Shown: positions 56,317 to 64,000 of the stretch, one piece after another
Layout of the letters: each line of letters starts with the position of its first letter
How positions within the stretch are numbered: position 1 is the first letter of the stretch
Origin: the human T2T-CHM13v2.0 reference genome, Homo sapiens
Assembly: GCF_009914755.1 (NCBI RefSeq)
Contig: NC_060944.1
DNA: 64,000 nt
Reading direction: 5' to 3' (one strand)
Program-made: the position numbers and the translations under genes
The notes under the pieces: model-generated
Seen by the model: the letters and a program-made list of their open reading frames with translations, nothing else
The model's database searches: none
Told to the model about the DNA's origin: nothing

Positions 56317-56667
56317 ATTTTAACCATAAGAACAATTATTTTTTATCTAACAAGAAATACTGAGGTGAAGCGTTCTATTTTATTGGCAACTCGGTAGTGG
56401 CATCAAGGACCTGGATGCTTGTCTCCTCATGGTGGTAAAATGGCTGCCAAAGCTCCATACGTTATCTCTTCCCCCAGCTGCATTTAATTTCAGGATGGAA
56501 AGAGGCAGAGGCAAAGGACTTTGTTCTTATGTGGCTCCCTTTTTTTACTAACTTCTTGCTCAGAAGGTCACTTGCAGCCTTCCCCTTAGTTCTTACCCAT
56601 TAGATGGATTACTGGCAATAATAAATGACTGGCAATAATAAAGACCTCAATTCCCTTTGATCTTGAC

Positions 56668-57160
56668 CAATGTTGTTTAAAAAATACATAATGCTAGCCA
56701 CATACATAATTTAACATTTCCTAATGGCCATATTTTTTGAGAAAGCAAAAAGAAAACAGGTTAATTTTAATTATATATTTTATTAACCAATATATTCATA
56801 CTATTATCATTTCCACATGTACCCAATATATAAAAATTGTCAGCGAGATATTTTATAATCTGTTTCTTCAAAGTCTTTGAAATTAAGTCTGTATTTTATG
56901 CCTATAGCACGTCTCAATTCAGATACTAAATGTTCATCAGATATTCTTGATCTGTATTTAGATCTCATAAAAGTCACAATTAAAAGTGTTCATAAACCTA
57001 AGTTGTTCCATGTAATAATTAACCAGTAACCAAATCAGTAGCAGATTTTAAATGTAAATGCAAATTAATAAAAATTAAAATAAATTGAAAACTGGGTCCA
57101 TCACATTTCACATGTTCGGTAGCCACATGTGGCTAGTAGCTATCATATGAGACACTGCAA
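56668..57160 (+). mobile_element. Charlie1-family element (longer MER33 relative)
   Basis: MER33-like start, extra internal segment, and terminus agccacatgtggctagtagctatcatatgagacactgca. Confidence 0.7.
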
Positions 57161-57169
57161 GTATAGGTC

Positions 57170-57318
57170 CTCACTACTCAAAGTGTGGTCCAAGGACCAG
57201 CAATGTCAGCATCATCTGCGAGCTTGTTAGAACTGCTAAATCTTGGGTCCTATGCTAGAGCTACGAAATCAAAATTTACATTTTATTTTAATGCATATTA
57301 AAGTTTGAGAAATTCTAG
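57170..57318. mobile_element. MER5A-like
   Basis: ctactcaaagtgtggtccaaggaccagca...gagcttgttagaa...aaagtttgagaa. Confidence 0.78.
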
Positions 57319-57483
57319 TCTAAGCTGTTCTCAATCTTGGCTCTAATTTAGATTTAATGTGGGAACTTTAGAAAATACTGTTGCCTGCACCCTATCCCAG
57401 AACCTTGGAATCAGACTTTCTGTAGTGGGGTACAGGCATTCATTTTTTTAATTGAAGCTTTCTAGGTTATTCTAGGATGCAGC

Positions 57484-57984
57484 TGTGATGGTAAATTTTA
57501 TATGTCAACTTGACTGGGCTAAGGGATATCAGATAGCTAGTAAAATATTCTGCATATGTCAATGAGGATGTTTCAGGAAGAAATTAGTAAAGAAGATTGC
57601 CCTCATCAATGGAGCTGGGCTTCATCATCCAGTCTGGGGAAGGGCTGAATAGAACAGAAAAGCAGAGGAAGGGTGTGAATTTGCTCTCTCTGCTTGAGCT
57701 GAGACATCCATTTCCTCCTGTCTTTGGATCCTGAAGCTCCTGGTTCTCAGGCCTTTGCACTTAGATTGGTACCTACACAACCTTGGCTTCCCTCGTTTTT
57801 AGGCCTTCTGGTTTAGACAGGAGTGACACCACTGGCTTTCATGGGCCTCCACTTACAGACAGAAGATTGTGGGACTTCTCAGCCTCCGTGATCATGTGAG
57901 CCAATCAGTCTCTTGTAATACATCTGTCTGTGTCTCTCTGCATATCCTTTCATTCTGTTTCTCTGGAAAGCCCTGGTAAATGCA
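57484..57984 (+). mobile_element. MLT2D/B-type solo LTR inserted into a MER5B-like MITE (57325-57483 + 57985-58010)
   Basis: tgtgatggtaaattttatatgtcaacttgactgggctaagg...ccctggtaaatgca; TSD gcagc/gctgc; host resumes aagtttgagaaccact. Confidence 0.85.
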
Positions 57985-59307
57985 GCTGCTAAGTTTGAGA
58001 ACCACTAGCCTAGACTAATCCTGATCCATCATCTCCAATCAGACACACTGTAGCCTAAGCAGTACTATGGTAGAAGCTCTCGGGTGAGTAACCAACTGTG
58101 ACTTCCCCACTGGGTTTTGCTTCCCTCTGGCCTGTGCACATTTCCAGCAGAGCAAGGGATCCGACTAGAATCAGCTATACTTGCTGGAGTTGCACATTCT
58201 TGGTCTTTGTCCATTCACTCACTGGCTAACTCCTTCCTCTCCTTGCCTGTCAGCAGTTTCCTCATTCTTCACCTTCCTCGTTCTCCAGGTAGCAAACAAG
58301 GTAGGGCTCCTGCTCTGTGCTGATACCTACTCAGACCCAATCTGGAAGGCCATCAGTGACTGCCAGTTTCTTTCAGCTCCTCATCCCCACTCTTGCCCCA
58401 GTGAAAATGGGTTTCCCTTCCCTGTTGCCCTGTTCCCGTCTCTTTTTCCACTTCTAGATGGCATCTTGCACACTTCCAGTCTTTGTTTCCTTCAGGTGCT
58501 CATAATTCTGCAGTCATTTTGCTTATTATGTTTTGCCTCTTTGTTGATGATAAGCTCAAATGAGGTATGCATAAAGTCTGTTCATAGAAAGCAGCTCTGA
58601 ATCTGTGAGGCCAAACTTAGATGTGATTTAATGACCATATTTGGGTACACTGGAAGCTGCCCATGTTCACTTCCCAGGTTTCCTGAAGATTTAGAAGGTG
58701 CACATACCTCAAAACATAGGCTTGCAAATTTACGTGCCTCTATTGCCAGCTGGATCTGCTGGGTTTCTCTTTGGAGAAGGGAATTTTAGCAGGACACACA
58801 TGAAAAAATAAGTGCTCCTCTGTTAGGAATCTTCAACTGAGAAGGTGCCATCAGTGCAAACAAAGCCATGTTAGAGCAAAAGTATGTTTGGTCTGCCCAG
58901 CTCTAATAGATGATGTTCATGTCCCTTGGGCTCAAGAACAAAGGAACTGCCTGACAGTCTTTTGAAATCTCACCTGTTTCTTGGTAGAGAAGCTTCTGTG
59001 CAGTATACATTTCCATGATAAGTAACTGCTGTCAAATCTAATAAGAAGACTAATCTAAAATTTAGGCTGTATAAAAGTTAGGCTGTGTAATAAATAAAAT
59101 AACCGGATTATATTAAAAAATAACTGTTTTTATTTGAAGACTGAGCACTTGGAGAAATATAGGAGTTAGCCAACAAAATCAATTCTTCAGCTTACATTTG
59201 AAAATGAAGTTCCTGTTTTAAGTGTATAAATCCTATGATAAAAATGTCTCAGCCTAGAAAATGCAATTTTTGAAATGTAAAGTTTTGATGTAGGATTAAA
59301 AATGTTA

Positions 59308-59625
<318 letters not shown>

Positions 59626-60567
59626 TTATCACATTTACATAATTATTCTCTAATATTTATATTGCAATAAAAATGAATCTGGTAAAATTCCCTTGAAATG
59701 TGGGGATGTTTATTGCAAATGGTCCAATGGCTTTTCGGAGAAGCTCCTTGAGAAATATCCATATGATTCAAATTATGTGCAGAACAGCAAAGTAGTAAAA
59801 GTATACTATCAACTTTCTAGTATTAGAATTAAGAAATGTCAAGAAGAACCACCTCAAATTTTGGAAGGCCAGAGAAATTTTGATTCTTCTGCAATCACTC
59901 TAGTCAGTAAAAGAGATAAACCAAATAATAATAATAAATACACATATCTAGTAAAATATATATTTATACCTGCTCATATAGTGAAGTATATCTAATTTAT
60001 CCAATACTATAGATAAGACATGGATGTGTTGTACCTTGCCCTGTTAATGGTGCGCTCACCAATAATCTCATCATCCTCTATGGCCCTAGGCAGAGTTCCT
60101 AATACTTTTGTTTCATTTGACAGATTTGAAAACACTCAGAGAAAAGCAGTATATACCCAAAGTCATAAGAATTGTAAGATTCAAAGTCATTCTTCTTGTT
60201 AGCTTCTGTTCTTTTCACTGCAGTATGCTGCCTCTTTATTCCTTGAGGCCCTCAGCCAATAGGATTTTGTAGGCGTGCTGGGCTTTTAGACATTAAAGAA
60301 CTAGCCATTGAGTTGAACATTCCATGGTGGATTAAACCAGCCTAATTAACTTGTCTCTCCTCTCTACTACAGGTCTTCAGTCTTTTTTTTTTCTTTATTC
60401 TGGAAGCAGTAAAACTTTGAACTTAGTTTTTTTTTTTTTTTGTAAGTTTAGCATAAATTTAATGGCAAAATCATGCCCAAACCAACAGATGGTAATATAT
60501 AATCTTTATTTATCCCACTTAGAGTGAATAGCCATAGATTTCACTCCATAAATACCTATGTATTTGA

Positions 60568-60790
60568 TAAGGATCCACAAACATTTTCTGTAAATGGCCA
60601 GATAGTGATTATTTTAGGCCTTGTGGACCATACCATCTCTGTTGCAGCTACTCAACTCTGCATTCGTAGCATGAAAGCAGACATAGATAGTACATAAATG
60701 AAGTTGTGGCTGAGTGCAAATAAGTCTTTATTTGCAAAAATAGGTGGCAGGCTGGACTTGGCCCATTGACCATAGTTTGTCAACTGCCTA
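60568..60790. mobile_element. MER58A
   Basis: aaacattttctgtaaatggccagatagtg...tctctgttgcagctactcaactctg...catagtttgtcaac. Confidence 0.82.
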
Positions 60791-61009
60791 GACTAAAAGG
60801 TGATACTCAGATCTGTTGGGACTATTGCATAACATATATATATATATACACACACCATATTACCTTTCTGAATTCTGAAATATTTCAGACTTGAAGAGTG
60901 TTTAGTAAGGGATCAAGAGTGTGTACCTAAGATTTAAAGGAAGTTTTATAAAGGAGAAAGTCATCTCTATTATGGTCAAGCATTAAAGTTCTCGTATACA
61001 TATGTCTGG

Positions 61010-61510
61010 AGGGGCAACTAAGGTTCAGATATTGCTAGTGCGTTAATCAGGAATGAGTTTTGTGAACAGCAAAGCATTGGAACACATAGCTTCTTTGTTG
61101 TCCCTTGTAACAAGATCAGAGGTAGGCAGTCCAGAGCTGGTTCAAGAGCTAAGTGATTCCCTCAGGGATCCAGACTCTGTCCATGTTTATTCTCCAGCAT
61201 CCTTAGTTGATGAGCCTTCACCCTGATGCTCATTGTCTCATGGTTGCGAGATACATCCTGTACCTCCAGTGTCAAATGCACACTCCCAGCAAGGAGAAAA
61301 AAAGAAAGCAGGGAGAATTGTCTCTCTTAGAGAAGTAGAAACTTACCCCTGCAAATCTCGACATTCCTCTTGTCGGCTAAACAAGGTTACAAGGCTACTC
61401 CTAATTGTAAGGAAGACTCAGGAAGCAAGTATTTTTAGTTGGATTCATTTTCATCACCCTGTAAAAACAGGAGAAAGGATGTTGGGTGGGCAAGTTGCAC
61501 ACCATCTGCT
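61010..61510 (-). mobile_element. MLT1J/K-type LTR
   Basis: agaggtaggcagtccagagctgg...cagggatccagactc...aaggaagactcaggaag. Confidence 0.55.
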
Positions 61511-61557
61511 GAGGCATCTGTTCTTGTTTGGTGGCTGTTATATTTCGTTACAGATAC

Positions 61558-61710
61558 TTAACATCATATTGTCTTCTCCCTTGAGGAACATATCTTTTTA
61601 AGTATCCCCAGTGTTAGCAGCTTGTTTTCCATCTGAGTTGGAAAATTAAATAACATTATTCACATTTTTATGTAAATGTTGTATAATGTGCATATATAAT
61701 TACTTGAGAA
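61558..61710 (+). repeat. Copy 1 of a ~153-bp dispersed direct repeat
   Basis: Ungapped alignment to 63044-63196. Confidence 0.95.
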
Positions 61711-63043
61711 TGGTTTTCTTCAGAAATACATTTTCCTATTTTCCTGAGGATTTTAGTTTTGGAGGACTTTGTTTACATGTGACTCTAGTATGCTGAGTAG
61801 CAAGGCTTGAGGGAAGAGTGAAGTTGACATAAATGGAAGGCAACTTGCACATTGAGGTTTGTGGGCAAGTGATTGTTCTCATGGAGGATGATTCCATCTA
61901 AGAGCAAGATTTTATGAACTCAGAGAATCTTAAGAAGAAACAGTTACTCAGTAACTTTCTTAAAATATAGATCTGATACAGGTATGAGAGAAGAGCAATT
62001 AAATAGGCACACAGAGATCATTTTAGTTCTTAACTTGAATATCTTGGGATACTTCCTTTCCTCCTAGAGGTAGTATTTATTCTGTTTCTGGAAACAGGGC
62101 ATGTAACTTGCTCTTTCTTTGGTGTAGACTACCATAATAAGAAAGGATGGAGGTAACTGCATGATTTTAATTGTGTCTTTTTGCTTTAGTAGAATGTCCT
62201 AAAATGACACAAGTGAGAATAGTGTGAAAATAAATACATTCATTTATTGGTTAAGCTTTAAATGTGAGTGAAATTTTCTTCAACTAATTATAATACTAAA
62301 TTAATTCTAGAATCTGTTTCAATGTAGCCATATAATTATGTAGAACTATAACCCTTTATTGCCCAGATAAATCTTGACCCTGAAATAATGTACGATAGAC
62401 CCTCATCTGCTATAATTCTGAAAACTGCAGTAAGAAAGCCAAATTTTAATCCAAATGTTTCATGGTTCTTTGGGCTTCCAAGATGACAGGCTCATCAAAA
62501 ACTATTCCTGACTTGGCCAGAAATGGAAAGATCTTCATTTTGATGGGTACAAATGAAGAAGCCACATAGATACATATTTGGACCAAGATTCCTTCCTTTT
62601 GGCTTCGAGATCTTTCACTAACAGGACTGAACGAACCAGAATCAACAGTATTGGGAAAAGTAGATAACTAAAATATAAATTTTAACATGAACAAATTTAC
62701 CAACTGATTCAGAAGAAACAGAAATCAGAGAAGAGATGGAACTTTAAAATAAATTTAAATTTTATCAGGGAGTTGTGGACAGACTCCTATGAAAAGGAGG
62801 ACTTCAAGAGCAAGAAGGGATTCTTGGAAATTAAGTCTGATTGTTGACTTTTAAAAACAGCATATTAGCTGAAAGAAAAGATGCAGAACTTTTCTAGAAA
62901 ACAGAACAAAGAACCAAGAGTTGGAAAAAAAAATTAATGAAAGTGGAGACATTAGAGAATCATTCCACGTGGTCCTACATCTTCTAATAGAGGGGAAAAA
63001 AAGTGGAGGAAATAAAGATGCGCACACACACAGATGTTTTAAT

Positions 63044-63196
63044 TTAGCATTGGATCATCATCTCCCCTGGGCAGCATGTCTTTTAAAGTATCTCTAGTGT
63101 TAGCAGCTTGTTTTCCATCTGAGTTGGAAAATTAAATAACATTATTCACATTTTTATGTAAATGTTAGATAATATGCATGTATAATCACTTGATAA
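63044..63196 (+). repeat. Copy 2 of the ~153-bp dispersed direct repeat
   Basis: Ungapped alignment to 61558-61710 (offset 1486). Confidence 0.95.
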
Positions 63197-63336
63197 GTGA
63201 TAAGAAAAAGAATTTGAGTGGACCAGTAACTAAACACATTTTCACGATATTTCAGAATAGCAAGGAAAAGGAGAGGATGTTAAAAGAGTCCAGAAATGGG
63301 AGTGGGGTGGAAAGTTGACCACAAAGATAATTTCTA

Positions 63337-63635
63337 GGCCGGGCATGGTGACTCATGCCTATAATCCCAGCACTTCGTGAGGCCGAGGTGGGTGGATCAT
63401 GAAGTCAGGAGTTCAAGACCATCCTGGCCAACATGGTGAAACCCCGTCTCTACTAAAAATACCAAAATTAGCCGGGTGTGGTGGCGTGTGCCTGTAGTCT
63501 CAGCTACTCAGGATGCTGAGGCAGGAGAATCGCTTGAACTCGGGAGGCGGAGGTTGCAGTGAGCCAAGATCCCGCCAATGCACTCCAGCCTGGGTGACAG
63601 AGCTAGACTTCCTCTCAAAAAAAAAAAAAAAAAAA
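63337..63635 (+). mobile_element. AluS (Sg/Sc-like)
   Basis: 14-bp TSD aaagataatttcta at 63323-63336 and 63636-63649. Confidence 0.95.
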
Positions 63636-64000
63636 AAAGATAATTTCTAGAGGACTAGAGGACAAGGGAATGACTTCATGGTTTGGAGGTAAAATTATTC
63701 TGAACCTGCAATTTTGTTCTCAGACATACTGCACATTTACCAGGAAGGTGAAATAAACACATTTTCAGACAAGTAAGATCTACATTATTTGATCACCCCA
63801 GATCATTCCTAAAAGAATTAATGCAGTGTAAGCTCAATAAAACAAAAGAAGGAAATATGGGTTTCGAGACCAGGTGGAAAAACTAGACCAAGGAATGCAA
63901 TAAAAAAAATCTAAGACAATAGTTATTTGGCAAATCTTTTAAAGCAGAACAAAAAGTTGGCAAAATTACAATAGGATTTTTGGGGAACTCAGAAATCCTA

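Larger units (their letters stand above)
62650..64000 (+). mobile_element. Ancient L1/HAL1 ORF1-region remnant
   Basis: A-rich; gacattagagaatcattccacgtggtcctacatcttctaatag and gaaggtgaaataaacacattttcagaca are ORF1-like motifs. Confidence 0.55.

Noticed and set aside
58181-58600. 139-aa ORF
   Set aside because: Non-ATG start, pyrimidine-rich composition bias, and no domain or splice support.
62470-62650. mRNA-like stretch, possible processed-pseudogene fragment
   Set aside because: All three forward frames have stops, no recognisable parent gene, and no poly-A or TSD.

Overview
Primate, almost certainly human, AT-rich intronic DNA with dense interspersed repeats: 16 Alus of the J, S and Y subfamilies, plus L1, L2, MIR, MaLR/ERVL/ERV1 solo LTRs and hAT/TcMar MITEs. 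I find no credible protein-coding exon, tRNA/rRNA gene or CRISPR array; the listed ORFs are repeat-derived or chance. One clean 63-nt + strand exon (22302-22364, tttcag/...CCCA/gtgagt) matches my recollection of the non-coding 5'-UTR exon just upstream of the ATG exon of PLCB4 (chr20p12). That identification is from memory and needs BLAT. Repeat subfamily names are by eye. I cannot support a new biological 'system' here. The most unusual observations are: (1) a ~150-bp local duplication with 71-80% identical flanks and a 71-nt perfectly identical, hairpin-forming core, resembling gene conversion; (2) a short templated insertion copied from 1.25 kb away inside an old L1; (3) several multi-level nested TE insertions with intact target-site duplications (TSDs); (4) inverted Alus around the exon; (5) a candidate uORF-bearing cryptic exon near UG repeats.
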